A stretch of 64,000 nt of DNA, taken from assembly GCA_977030845.1 (NCBI GenBank), contig OZ365113.1, forward strand, positions 16,926,001 through 16,990,000, read 5' to 3'. Below the pieces are notes generated by a model. It was given only the letters and a program-made list of their open reading frames with translations. It was not told the DNA's origin and did not search any database. Both the position numbers and the translations under genes were made by a program. Numbering within the stretch: position 1 is the stretch's first letter; each line of letters opens with the position of its first letter. This document shows, in pieces, positions 14,801 to 28,810 of the stretch. The stretch is from Fimbriosthenelais zetlandica. Lineage: Eukaryota.

Positions 14801-17129
14801 CTGCCACTGTTCAAGAGAGCTCAAGAGTGAAAGGCTAGCCTTAGGAATGGCCTTCGTTTGACCGGCATTCAATTAGTCGGCATGACAAAGCCAGTGAGCG
14901 TGCCCAGTGCTGAGTGGCCATCAAATAATCCTGCCCATTGTTGTCATGGCAATTGTGAGAGCAAGGGATGACGGGACATGAGGTGCTTGATGGGAGATGG
15001 AGAGGACGGTCCATTGAGACCCCTCGTAATAGTGATACCATTTAATGTTTGCACTGTTAAGACCAAATGCTGCCCACTAATGTTTAACATTTATTTTATG
15101 GCTGTGTACCATGAGAGCATTCAGTTGAGGCCATGTAAATTGATGCCTGATACACATATATGTACCTTCTTGTCAAAATATAAAATCAAAATGTAGCTTG
15201 ACGTTTTGTCGGTGCTTGAAGAACTTTTATTTTGCCATAGTAAGTTGGAAGACAGCTGCATCAAATGACAAGAAATACCTGTAGGTTTTAACATTGTGAA
15301 CAATACTATTTTGAGAGTGGCCAGGGACAGATACATCATACTCACTGTACAATCAAATGTTACATTGAGTTTTAGCCATAGCATATACGAGCTGTTTCTT
15401 CAGGGTATACATTGGTACCACTTGGCAAGAACTAATGCTAAATGCCTGAGTAAATGGTCACTGCATCAGTCCAGTGACAACAGAGAAAAGCATGTTAAAG
15501 CTCGGCAGGGTTAAAATGCCTTATTCACAATTCCCTGACGTATAATACAGTATCTGAATGTTGCAGGCAGCTGATCACAGGCCACAAAATACGGCACACT
15601 CTGGGGTTGTACCTACAGCATGCAATCCATGGCTAGGAGACCACGCAATATGCTGATAAGCACAGAAAGGTCAAAATGGATCGTTTGCCCTGGCTCCACC
15701 TGACAAGACGAGGACTGGGTGTCTCTGCTATAGATCCAGCCAGTAATCGATGGTTAGGAGCCTTTTATTCGCTTTGAATACAGCACACGGCTCTAATGAA
15801 GCAAATTTCGCGTCTCGTAAACGGATCTTACAGGCCACGGGGGTGAATGGCAGATTGAAACATTTTCTTGGTCATGAATAAATTCTCCCTCGTTATATTG
15901 CTCTAATGAAAAGATGCCATGCATGGGGGCCAAATGTGAATGCAATGTAATGGATGCACTTGCTTTATTTTCCAATGAGCAATACAAAGGAAGGCTGTCA
16001 ATGGCAATCTCTCTGAAGCAACCTGTTCATGCAGGTCTCAAGGAGAACCTTGGTCTCCTTTGTAGAACCATTAAAAGATGATAGCTGACATGGGCCCAAT
16101 TAAAAGGGCCCTTTCCGTACGCCTTTATTCATGGAATAGATGCCTAATGGGAGCTAGAAGGATCGACACACACTGTCCTTAAAATGTAAGGTAATATTAG
16201 AGCAAGATAGTGTAATTCTATCATATATTGAAGGCCAGAGTAGAAACTGATAGATTTGCAGACTACATGTACAAAGAACACAAGGACATACAGATACATG
16301 ATACAATTGTATCAATCGATGACGAGGCATGCCACATTAATTCTCAGTCAGGGATCAGCATAGTCTAAGGCTAAATGTAATAGATCAGGTTTTGGTAATA
16401 GGAGGCAGTCCTACGCTCAACATCTAGAGCATCTCGTATAACTTCCCACATGACCTTTCTTATAATTCTCCACCACAATCCCGTGGGAGGCAGAGGCATA
16501 AGCCTCTACAGCACTTGCTGTCTCAGGGGAAGTCCTAAGTACCTGAATGTGCATTACAATGTTCCCTCCACCGTAAGAACTCAATGTGGAACCAGCTCTT
16601 TGGGTCTCCTTAATATTTTGCATGAGAGTGTCAAGGAATTTCACAGGCATAAATAGCGTTTCCTTGCAAGGAACTTCTGCAAATAATCTTCCCCAAATCC
16701 CATATTGAAATGTGAACAGTGCTCTGCCTAATTAATGACGGGAATAGAAAGGAGGTCATTAACCAAGAAGCTTTCAGGTCATCAAGGATAGAGATATTCT
16801 TCTGAGGATTCCCTACTACACAAATACTGGCCATTGGTGATCGACAAAAGGGCACAATACAAATTAATGAACAACAGATTAAATCTAAAACTGTTATTCG
16901 CAGTAAAATTCTCAGCCAGCCATCAATCTGTGGGGGGATTACACTGGCATTCTTCTTTCATTTCCCTCTTTTATCGAGATGGATTACAACCAGTCTCCTG
17001 CTGTTACCAAGTGAAGTGGCCATTTTCCAGATGATGAACAAACATGGAAACCTGCCATTGAAAATCTTCAAGCGTAGCCTCGGCATAATACTGGTTGTTT
17101 TTCAATCCTGACTTTGTTTTGTACAGCAA

Positions 17130-17330
17130 TCAAGAAAACGTCTGGATTACACAAGTTGATTCCATAACGCCAAGATGTACAGTCATAATAGCAGAATTCT
17201 ATCTTCTAACTCCAAGTTAATCCACCCAGAATTTGGACAGCCTTTAATTATGAGGCCCACTTCTTCATCCGCTTCTTTAAACATATCAAAATGCTGTCAC
17301 TGAATAGGAGGAGGCCATGCAGAATTGGGA
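17130..17330 (-). mobile_element. Decayed non-LTR RT N-terminal fragment (L2/CR1-like)
   Basis: The minus frame reads FDMFKEADEEVGLIIKGCPNSGW...LALWNQLV*SRRFLDC, resembling F..V..EV.KII..L....G.D...LFN.SL..G.FP..W. Has stops; judged by eye. Confidence 0.3.
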
Positions 17331-20300
17331 TCATGCAGGCATAGCTGCAATTGAGCTGCCTGAATAGTAGATTCTTTTTTATCTAAGTTGAATAGTGGTT
17401 GGCAATGTTTAAATGAAGACAACACAGAGAGTAAGAATTGGGCCATCTGATGTGGAATATATTTTCCACCCAGGCTGCTGAATTAATTTCACATCAAAGA
17501 TGCATGGGCCTTATCTGCATCCAGCAGAGCTAGAAATCATCATAATTCGACCGCAGAGGTCACAACTATAAATAAAACCATCCTTGGCCAACTTGGCACT
17601 TTACTTTGGAACCATTTCACCCCAAAAGTGGGCAAACAGTGATTACGAAAAGTAATGCTGTTTGAAGGCTATTTGCCAGCATGACATCATTAGGTCTACC
17701 ATCAATATATATATACACTTTTTAAATGTAAAAAACAATATGATATGGCACATTAGTGCTCTAAATCGATTGAAAATAACCAGGAATGGTTTCATGAAAT
17801 AGAAGAAAACAAATATTGCTGACGTATGCCTACTTCAGCATCTAATATATCTTCTATACATTCTGAACCAAGCCTCATATGAAGAAGGATTTCCCGTGTC
17901 ATCAACATAATCAATTGATCTCCCTTGGTTGTTAGATGACTGGCATAACCTCTTCACGTACAGTAGAATATCCCATGGTGAATATCAGAGCTGGTAAGGC
18001 ATGGACTCACACTGGTCTGTAATGCTATCAAAGTAATCCCATCTGGCCAACTTGTGGCTTCAACCCTGAAAGTGGCTTCCATTTGCAGTACACCCATGGT
18101 AAACACTTGTAAGAAAGGGGAAACTCCCGAGCATCTGATGCTCTTTGGTAAATGAGGCTAATTGTTGCTGCCCAGTCTCCAGGCTGTAAGACAGGGAGGT
18201 AACCTCTACCCATGTCTCATATATATACTGGTAAGAAGCCTCATTAGACCCGAGGAAATTAAACTGTGTAGATCAGACAAGAAAATGGAGAACCAAACAT
18301 GCCTAGTTGTAACACCCAGAATATTTGTCAGGCAAGAATAATGACGTCCAATTTCCTGCTCTGCGAGCTACACTTTTACCTGCTCGCATGTCAATGGTAT
18401 AAAGATGTAGTGCTTTACAAAATGCACTGAGGCCTGAAGTAAGACAGTTTCCGATGCAGCAAAACCATACTCGGGGCTTATTTTAAGAGTGCACTCAATG
18501 TCCCTGAAATACAAGGGCTGTGGAAGCTGCAGCAGCTGAGACAAAAAGGCTGCAAATCCGAGTAAGAGGAGATAAATGAAACATAGCTACAGGCATTGGT
18601 GTATCCCCATTGTCACTTTCTTATGTGCTATATGTCAGGGCAAAAAGAAGATTACGACTCATATAGAACCGTAAGAGCATATATATAAGAGATGCTGAGG
18701 TATACCTATCATATTGGGCTATACACTGCTCTATAGTGCTGTGTAGTAACACCTCCCTCTATGCTGGCCAATATAAGTTGTCTTTGTGTGATTCCCGAGG
18801 CCCAATGACAACAGAAAAAGGACTAGAATTTGAAAAGACAATAGCCCTAAGCACTAGAATCTACAATTCAAACCGAACTTTCGTATATTGACTACATAGA
18901 GCGTAATATAATATACCTGTACCATGAAGAAGTAAGTGTTGAACTCGATCCTAATACGTCTGAGTCATTGATTTTACAATGGCCCAGAATAGATTCAACC
19001 ACATATTTCACTTCCAAAGCAGACAAATTTAAATCAAGCAGGCATTATAGTGTTTCCTGTGTTAAAAATATGACTGCCTTTTGCTGTATATACAAGGGTT
19101 TAATTTGAAGCTTTTTCCCACCTTATCTGCCACCAGCTCTGATCATCGACTACAAAGAAGGCTGTTGTGGCAAGGGATGGATGAGCTGTTGACAACCATC
19201 TATTTTTAACCTGGTTCCGCCATCTAGGATCCTTTGTAAATATCATCATTTCTTTTGGTCCCTAAAACGAGGGAGTCCCCCGTGATTTAAAGAATTAGTG
19301 GAGGCGATTAAGACAATTAAGATGATTAAGTACAAGGCTGATGAGGAAGCTAATGAACAAGGCGAGACGAATGGTTAGTGAAGACTTGGTAGCCCCCGAG
19401 TGAGCCGACTCATTACTGTCAGGCAGGTGTAAAAACAGGCACCATGGTTGGTAGTCGTGGCCTCCAGGGAAGGACATCCCTCACAAGTAAGGAGCCGACC
19501 AGGATTTCAATTTGGCATTTTTTTCCTGGCCGTTTTCTCTGAACGAATAGGTAGACCTATACATGAAGTTGGGGACACAATTGTCGTTATGAGGTGAAGA
19601 TGATTTGGCAAGGTGTGAATCCTTATCTTGAGCAAGAAGTAGTCAAATTGTAGTAGTCAAAAGTTTCATGAAAACCCAATGACCAAAGGTGAAAAACTTC
19701 ACAAAGAAGACAATTTTTAAACAAAGCTGCAGAATGTGTCATAACAAGGTATAAACATGACACATACAACAACCCAAACATCCGTCAGGAGGAAACATGT
19801 AAAAGAAAACAGGATGAGAAGACCTCCAATTAGTATGTTGATGGTGTGAAATATGAATTTGGGATGGTCAGGCTGCGACAGGAGGAAACCATTAACATAT
19901 GAGATGGTCAGAAGTCAAGGGACACGGGGGATGGGACATGACTTTCATTATGACCTCGAGTGATTAACTTTACAATGAAACAGGTAAAACAAAATACACA
20001 ATGTACACCTTCAAATATTCAGATGCCCAGAAACGACATTGAAGATCGGGGAACTGTGACAAACTTGATTCCATTGATACATCTGCTGTTGACAGAGATA
20101 CAACCAATAAAAAAACGCCAACCCACTCGTCAAGATAGCAACTAGAAGCTACTTTGGCTGCTGTCAAGATGGCAAAAAACAGATTTTGCCAGAGTCGTCA
20201 CACGAGCCATATCCACTGATACAAAACCTCTGCTTATAGCAGTGACACTAAACCATCATGCAATGAGTCCTTTTTACGATGAAATCTGCCTGAGCCCCAT

Positions 20301-23300
20301 CACCATCTGCCACTATCACTGTCACTGATAATGCCACGTGCTGTCAATGGAACAATATTCAGTAGATGGAAGGATTTACACAACTGTCAAAAGCTCCCCC
20401 CATTCTGCTCCTCCCAAATGGCATCCACAATACTGTATTGTCATGTTAAATACCACATTCAATAACCAAGCTTTTAACCCTTTACCAGTTCAATAGCAGG
20501 GATGCGTGCTCTATAAGTTTTGCACTAGCGATTGCCTCCTGACAGTGACAATTGCATGATCATCGAAACGTGGCGAAGAAAATCAGGGGAATAGATATAA
20601 AAGGAAGGAACAATGGAGGCATCACGTCGTTGATAGTATTGTTAATGTCCGAGAGTTTCATATAAAGTTCTATCGATTTGTGTATACCACAGTCGATAAC
20701 GATGGGGCATACATGCCTTATTAACCCATGAGGCTAATACATAGAAAATAGATCTAAAGTCTGCATTAGATAATTAATTAGGGTGTCTATACCAGTCATC
20801 TGGGGTTCATTGGTGGGATATTCAGGTCCCTGAAGCATACAGTGAGATGTAATACAGCAGTATCACAGTAATAGACACTATAAGCGAATACCAGCTAACA
20901 GTTCATCTGACATCCATCCTATCATCTGGCAAGCTTAACTGACACCTGAACGATTGACTGTCAGGTACAGCCAGCTGACAGCTTCCAGATGCTTAGTGTA
21001 AGGGCTAATCTTCAGGTGAAGCAAGTATCTGAGAATAAGGTGCGTAAATGTGTGCATTAGGTTAATATAATATGCCTTTTCACAGAACTTCATTTGAGAA
21101 ATCTTCATGCCATCATTTAAAGACAAATTTACTGACATATATACTTAGCGAATGGAATTGCAATAATCATAAAGAATTATTAAAACGAATGGCCATTTCT
21201 AACATGTTGCCCTGAAGTCATCACCAAGCTGTTTGCCATCAGCAGCGTACCCGCCTTCTCTACCCAGAAATAGCAGTCATGATATATAGACATGTTCAGC
21301 TGAAGGTTCTCATCCCATTTCATACGGGACGTCAAACATGTCATCAGAGTACATGCATATGGAGAAATAGTGGTATACACAGATACTGGCATCCATGGGA
21401 AAGGGCAAAGACAGGTTTTCTCGCATATAGAACATTTTCTATAGCCTATGTTTCTGATTCCCTTCACATTTCTTAATTTTTAAACAAGTTGTTTTACAAG
21501 CAACACTGACGTCATTCAATTGAAACCCACTATAAAGTTAATACCAGCTCATGTTGGAATATTGCAAGGTGAGCAAAATAAGCAATAAATCTTTTATGGT
21601 ACGTGACAACTGCATCAAAGTTCCCAAATCCTTTGATGCTAAAAGGTGACACCAGCAACTTTACATTAGTCAGTAATAGCTTGGATCACTTGGATTCAAA
21701 TACGATATGTTTTCCGATCACTTTCTCTTATTGCAATCTGGTGCAAATTAACTGCAGGGTCTTGTATGTTGAGATGCTCACTTTCCCCTCCTCATCCACC
21801 TCCTATAGCCCTTTCTCCACCTCAAGCTCATATGCCAGAAATGATTTACAAGCCAGGCGTCCACACAGGAGGAGGCTAATGCAGACCTAAATTCTACCTA
21901 TTCACCAGCTGTGTTCGATTTGCTATCCATAAAGCTGTGAATCTTTTCAAATGTACAAACATTCTGAAAACTGAAGGATCTGGGAAACTTTTCAGTTAAA
22001 GAAATCTTCGCCAGTGTATTTGCGATTAGTCGATCGCTGGTCATAGGAAGAAAAAGGGTGAGAATGACGAAGATGAAACATGGGGGAAGTGGGAAGGGTC
22101 AACTGGTAATCATCATAGCAATCCACACGATCAGCATAGCTTATGAGCCAGATAATCCAGATCAGTGCAAAATCAACTGATTACCTCACTTGAACGAGTT
22201 TCTCCTCTGACCCTCTGCATCAAACCACCAATACCACCCAGCACAGACTTCCTACCCTTCCTATTAGGGAAAGGAGACGAAGACTCGAACGTGTTCTTCC
22301 TATAGCTTATCACCACCACTGGTCTACTGCACCTGCCTAATGGTCCCTGAATAGGCCACAATGCAAGGCTTTCCACGGCCTCAAGCTATCCCTCCATTCA
22401 ATACTCCAACCAAGCTGCTTTCTCTGTGAGATTTCCCCAGCCAGACAGCACGCATGTTAACCATGCATTACTACTCTGCCATAGATATGCTATGAATATT
22501 GCTCATTAGGCCAAAGGAGATAATGCCTTTGCTCCGGGTGCAGTAGCCAAGACTTTCCCTAATGAGGAGAGAAAGACAAGGAAGGCTTTAGCCTCCCTAA
22601 GCTGACTTCATCAGAAATTGATTCACTGCCTGGACATGTACTCCCAACTTAGTACAAGGATCTTCATGGTCAACAGCCAAAAACCTGTATTGAAAGGTCA
22701 TTTATAATACCCAAGTCAGACGTAATTAACTTTCTTGTGTATTTCCTCATTATAATGTAGCTGGCCTCTATAGGTTACACTTTAAATAAGATAATTAAAC
22801 AGATTTACTCGTTTTAGTCCCACTGATTTCGAAGCTTCGCTTCACCCGGATTCAGATCACAAAGGAGTTTTTTCCACTAAGTTACGACCACCCCCACGAA
22901 TAACCCATCGATAATACACACACCGTCCCATCATCCTTATTAGCCGCTCTGATCTCTACCCACTAAACTAGACACCGATAATTGACCAGTATTTTTTCTT
23001 ATCGGTCCCAACAACTGTCGGTGCAGGAGATAAGTCTGATAAGCCCTCATCAGAGATAAACTTCTGCCTGTTTGAGCTGAGCCAGTGACCCTGCACCGAG
23101 TGTTCCCATCCCTCCTTGATCCCCCTGCTGTTGCTCTCCTGTTTAAATAGGGAGCAGTTAATGTGGGCTGCCATAGGGCTGGGTACAGCCTAATGCCACC
23201 GCGATCACCCCTGCTGCTTACAGCGCTAATGTAACTAAGAACACCCGCCTAGCTGGAGGAAACCTGCTGTAAATCCTTTATTATAAAATGCTTCATCAAG

Positions 23301-26300
23301 AAAAAAGTGGATAGGAAGAATATATTCTGTTCCATCATCACCATTCTTTGGTTTCTGCCAGTAGAGAACAAACAAAATACAATACATTGATGGGTGGTCC
23401 TATTATCAGATCCAAGGAACTGAGTCTATAAGTGGACGTAACCTAGCCACTAATCATCATTAAGTATAAGAAAGTTGAAAAAATAAATAACATGGTTGAC
23501 TCGAGCACCAGCTCCATTTTGCTTCAATATCAGTGCACCTTCTAAGGTTCCTATTCAATGGATGGTTCCTGAAGTAGAGTGACAGAGATTACGTATATAA
23601 AGGAAGCCTGTTGAAAGGCAATAGCTTCCCATATACGGGCGAAGGTACTTTGAGCATGAGGTATCTTTGTGGTTTATGGCTTAAACTTTTCAAACCATTA
23701 AACAGACTTCTATATCATGCATGCTTTCGTGAGTGCTTTCCGGATGTAACACTATCAAAGATACCCCCCAACATATCATCCCCACAAATGAAATGGGGAC
23801 ATAAGTTCGTTATATCTAACACATGTAAGGCAATTGACCTCTATACAGTTGGGAAGATTCTCAAATGTTAAGTCAGTCTCATGGCCCTAATTCCCTGAGA
23901 GGCATCAGCATGTGGCTTCCAAAATTGATTTATTCCCTCATATATGTAGAGGCTTTATGGTTTGTCTCTATTAGATGAAGCCATCAGCGAACAAGGGGGA
24001 GAGATATAAGATGGGAGGAGTGTATAACTATAGAGTCGCCCATAGTTACCATGTCATAGATCCTGTAGACTATTTCAGATCGATGATATATGATTAGGAG
24101 ATGGTGTCACACAGGGGAGCCTCCTGCGAGCTCTACATTAACTACTGGGAGACTTGACTGGGCTTATTTTACTGCCGACTATAATTGATGGCGACCTATT
24201 TAAAAGGGCGAGGAGGAAAGGTTAGATAAAAGAGGAAAATAAGCCAGGCAATTTGGTCTGTGGCTTCTTGGGTGTGGTGGTACGTGGGCAAGCGAGATGG
24301 AACCCTATCCAGTAGCCATTATAAATATGGTTCACTTATTTATGGTGCAATATATTAATAGGTTATATAATGATTGAATGCAGGTAAAACTAATTGGGAA
24401 TAGATTTCAATGTCTAATCAAACAAGAGGCATTAATTACGTAATGAAAAATGCCTTGGTATAAAACATCCAATTTATCATAATTAATAGACATCGTGATG
24501 GGTCAACTCATCATTTTTAATTTTTGAGACAATATTTTAAAGCGCTGTTCTCACCACTATTGGTTTCCTATATAAGCAGAGAAATAGCACAAAGATATAT
24601 GACCAAGCCAAGGCTATAGCATGTGGCACCATGAACCCTTATAATCCCCCTGTCCTATATATTGCTTCTCTTCTCCTGGCGAGCCAATAAAATCACATAT
24701 AATAGAGATCATGCCAAGCAACTTTCCCCCTGAATAAGTGCCAATCTGGATCAATGCATTGGAAAAAGATCCCAAACAGCTTCTCGCAGGCGTGAACAAA
24801 CATCTCACAATATGGTTTACGTGTTCAAGCTGCTGAATGCCGTCACCAACATCATGGTGCATAACAAGCACAGGAACGTGAGGACCGACAGTATGATTGT
24901 TTTATTACTCTTTACCAAAGAGAGGGGAATAGAAGACTATGGAAAATGTTATCAATGATCAAACAATGTCCATAGATAAACTCTTAGGGCCGTGAGTGTG
25001 TGTTGTGAGAGAAAACATCATGAGATGTTGCATGATTTGAACAATCAGGATTAGACGGGTAGAACAGCGGAACCTATCCACGGCAAGCAGGCCTGCTTTT
25101 ATCTCAAACCACGTAGCAGAACACGAACACTATATATAGGATGTCACCGAAGGACCTTTCAATCGAAACAAAATGAAAGAATATACTTAGTACAATAGAA
25201 AGATCAATGTACTGAATAACATCCTAATATGACGAAGAAGTCCAATGGGTGCAAGGATGAGGACACTTCTAAGCTAAATGAAAATTTCAGCATGTTGAAA
25301 AACAGTCACTGGTGAAAACAGATGTGTGAAGGTTTCCTTAACAGGAGCAAATGCTATTTATGAGGAGAAAAGGCACTTGGTGTGCCACAACACGCTGGAA
25401 TTCCCCTCGTCTGCTGAAAAAGGAGCATTCATGAATTGACTTGGTAGTTTTTGCGTCTAATGTTGCATGACACTAACAGCTTTGAGCTTCAGGATTGTAA
25501 AGTCAGTTCAGGCTGTGGCCCTTTGAAATTTCAGAATGGGGCCAATTATCGACCAGGGCAATTCTCGGGAGAATAAAGGGAGTAGAGCAAAAACAGCAGC
25601 CAAGAACAATTGCATATGGTAAATGGGCTGCTTGTTGATGCGCGTTTATTGGGATTAATAGAAATATTAAATAAAGACAACCGAATTAAAACTCAACAGA
25701 CATGAGGCTCTGATATGAAGAGGACCTGAACATGGTCATACAAAATGTGATGCCCTTAGTTTTACACTTGAAGTTTTACACTTGAAGACGCATGTTTCCT
25801 CACAGCTGAGAATACATATAATGCACTGCAGTCATGAGTCGACCACTCTGTACTTGGGTAATGTCATGTTTATGAGTCCAATAAATGACAGGGGAATGAA
25901 AAGTGCCATAAAGGAGGGTGTGAATCTCACTTGCTTTCCCTCTGTAACTCCCTCTATAATATTGATCTCTCCCTCTTATCCTCAACCCGACCATTCCAGC
26001 GCAGGCTGCCCGTGGCTAATCACGGCCGATAACGGTCACTCTTCCGCATGATAGGACTAAGCTTGCATGCTTGCTTGAAGAATGTTCTGGTCGGCCTCTC
26101 TCTGAATTGCGCGCCCTCTTACACGAACATTCTGTCCTCCAATTCCAGTCACACGCAACAACGCTGTCAGCGAAAAGAGGCAATTTGCTAATGTCCAAAC
26201 TGTGAAAATCCCTTTGTTTTCATTGCCTTTTTGCCCTTGTAAGTAGATTAGATTTTCTTATAGAGACAGAGAACAATGCAGCTTATGAACGATCGATTGT

Positions 26301-28619
26301 GTTTGTTCTGAAGGTGGCCTAAGCTTTGCCATTTCTCTATTTTTTTCCAGGCTTGGTAAGATGCTTAGGAGCTTTAGAAATGGCAAGAAGCATTAGAGAC
26401 GTCCTTTATCAGTTTGACTTCTTGCTTGCTTCCTTGATTGCTAGGCTTTTAGTTCTGTTTTGCCATTTCAGTTTTACCCCGGGTAATTTCCTGCGGATGC
26501 GAGCACAGCGAAGACGTTTTTAATTTGAGATTATGTGAAGGGCAATTCATTCTGACTTTATTTTTGTATCTTGATTTCTTAGTGAACGAATGATTTTTTT
26601 GCATCTACCTAAATGGAGCAGCCATCTCCGCATAATGAGGATAAACTAAGGCTGCATTTTTAACATTTTTCTAGTCCTTACAGTTCATCTAGTGCTTTCA
26701 TCATAAACCAAGCTCAAAGCTTTAGATTTTTTGATGTTTTCCCTAATGGGGAACCTTTCCCCCACAGCATTAAGAGGGAGAGCTGAGGATTAGACAGAGT
26801 GGAGCAGCATTCATTGATTGACTTAGTTTTTCATCTTCCATCCTCTCAGGGGGCCCAGATTATTTTTAGACCAGAGTTTGGCATCCACTAAGGAGGAGCC
26901 AGTGGTTCAGACAGCAGAAGGCCTGATATCAAGGGCAGGGTAACAACATAGGAATACATTACTACGGTCTTACTATTACTGTTAGAAGAAGTCTTATCCA
27001 TTTGACAAGCCCTGGCTTTCCGAAATGGGGATATATGCATGTCAATCTTTCAGACATACCTTTCCCAGAAGCTATACAATTTTACAGGACAAAACATGAG
27101 GTTGTGGGAATACACACTCGTGGAGTTTTGCAACATTGAGAAATTACATTTTCTTAAATAACCTGTCGATCCATGAGCCATGTGAATCAAAACATATAGC
27201 AACGGTTGCATATAGTTGCATATATATGAATCTTAGCAAATCTCAGCAAATCAATGGTGAATGTCCTAAGATTCTACGCTCGTCCCCTAGACATGGATGA
27301 AAGGAAGGATGAAAGGTCATTCATCCATTGATCAAGGGGCGTGATCTAACCCCATTTAAGCCTGTGGTCAGATTTTTATGCTGCATGTTACAGACTGGCT
27401 ATGACCTAGCTTATTGATCACTTCACTCAGGTCTTCATTCTTTATTCAACTCTATCATGCAAGGCCCTTGAAGTCATTCAATGGGACGTAGTTTAAATTT
27501 TTACTGATAAAAGAGTAAAAACATAAATTACAAAATTTAAGGCAATGATATGAGTCTCTACCATAGTTTTTTTCTGATCAACCAAATCTTCTGCTGCAAA
27601 TAAGTGAGTGGTGAAATCCAAGCATTAAACCCCAGTGATCATTTTTTCTGGATCCCTTCACTATCTATCTAACATGGCAACTCATAAACCGCATGATTTA
27701 TTCATAATGGAATTTAGTCGGCCCGCACCACAAGTTTTTCGAATGGGCTTGCCCAGTTTATGTGGCGTGACATGCTAATATCCCATTTAGGGTGTCATGC
27801 GAATGATGACCGGTAATTCACAGGGAACTGGGATTTAGGAGGCTTGGGAAATGGAACACCTACAGCATACAAAGTGGATCTCGAACTAATTGTGTCAAAT
27901 TTAGCACATAAAAAAATCTTATGTAATAAAGAGAATTTTATAACTTATCAGAATGGGGGAACATTTTTCTTTTATCACGATCCGTTCATCAATATTCAAT
28001 ATCCATGCCAAATACCACATCTCAGGTATGAGTTTTGGATTAATTGTGCATGTAAGCATCATTATTGAAAAAGTTACAAAGAGAACCATAGGCCTTTGTT
28101 ACCTATCAAGTAACCCCCAAAACAGCTTGTACTATGGTCTGCAGCAAACATACAATGTCCCCATTAAGTGGAGCTTGCAGCAGCATTGCTTCTCACAATG
28201 GTATGCAACATGGACCGCAGAGAATAGCTGTAAATAACATGGCCAACACTTCATTTCAATGGCAACACTGCTTCCTCCCAACATTACCCCATTAAGCTGT
28301 TGACAAAGAAGGATCCATCGACTGGGAGGTGGCTACTTTTTATATACAGTTGTCTTTGTGATGAGCAAATGGCCTGATTCATATAACATGGACCGATCTA
28401 TTTTCTTTCTTGGTTAAGTACAGAAATCTACCAGAGGCTTTGTAATGCCTGATATGGGAAATTTCATAAATCACTGTACGCCAACAAAGGTCATTGAATT
28501 TCACTGCAATCTAATAACCTGATTGAAACAGATTTCCAACCTGCAGGTGTTTTGATAAGAGAGGGGGAAGCTAGAGACAATGACATTCAGGAAACCAAAT
28601 GCAATAGGATGTGTAGGCA

Positions 28620-28810
28620 ATATAAAATCAAGATTAAATCAGCTCTCTTTTCCATTTGCCCAGTGGGCTGTTCAACATAACATAACAATTGTATCTGCTG
28701 CCAAGCTAATTTGCACACAAAGACTGTCGCTAAAATGTATGGGGAAATCTATATTAAATTTTAAAGGAAGTCTTCAGCAGATGGGTTTATACAAGAACAA
28801 TTTAGGTCTA
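28620..28810 (+). mobile_element. Decayed non-LTR RT C-terminal fragment
   Basis: KSRLNQLSFPFAQWAVQHNITIVSAAK...ILNFKGSLQQMGLYKNNLGLV resembles LQ..L..L..W...N.M..N..K...L.G..L..V..YKYLGV. Judged by eye only. Confidence 0.3.

Noticed and set aside
21180-21467. Minus ORF containing FWVEKAG and NGHSF, reminiscent of the missing IMMP2L exon (WVEGDHHGHSF)
   Set aside because: Spacing and key residues (WVEGD, DSNxFGP) do not match, and I saw no suitable splice sites.
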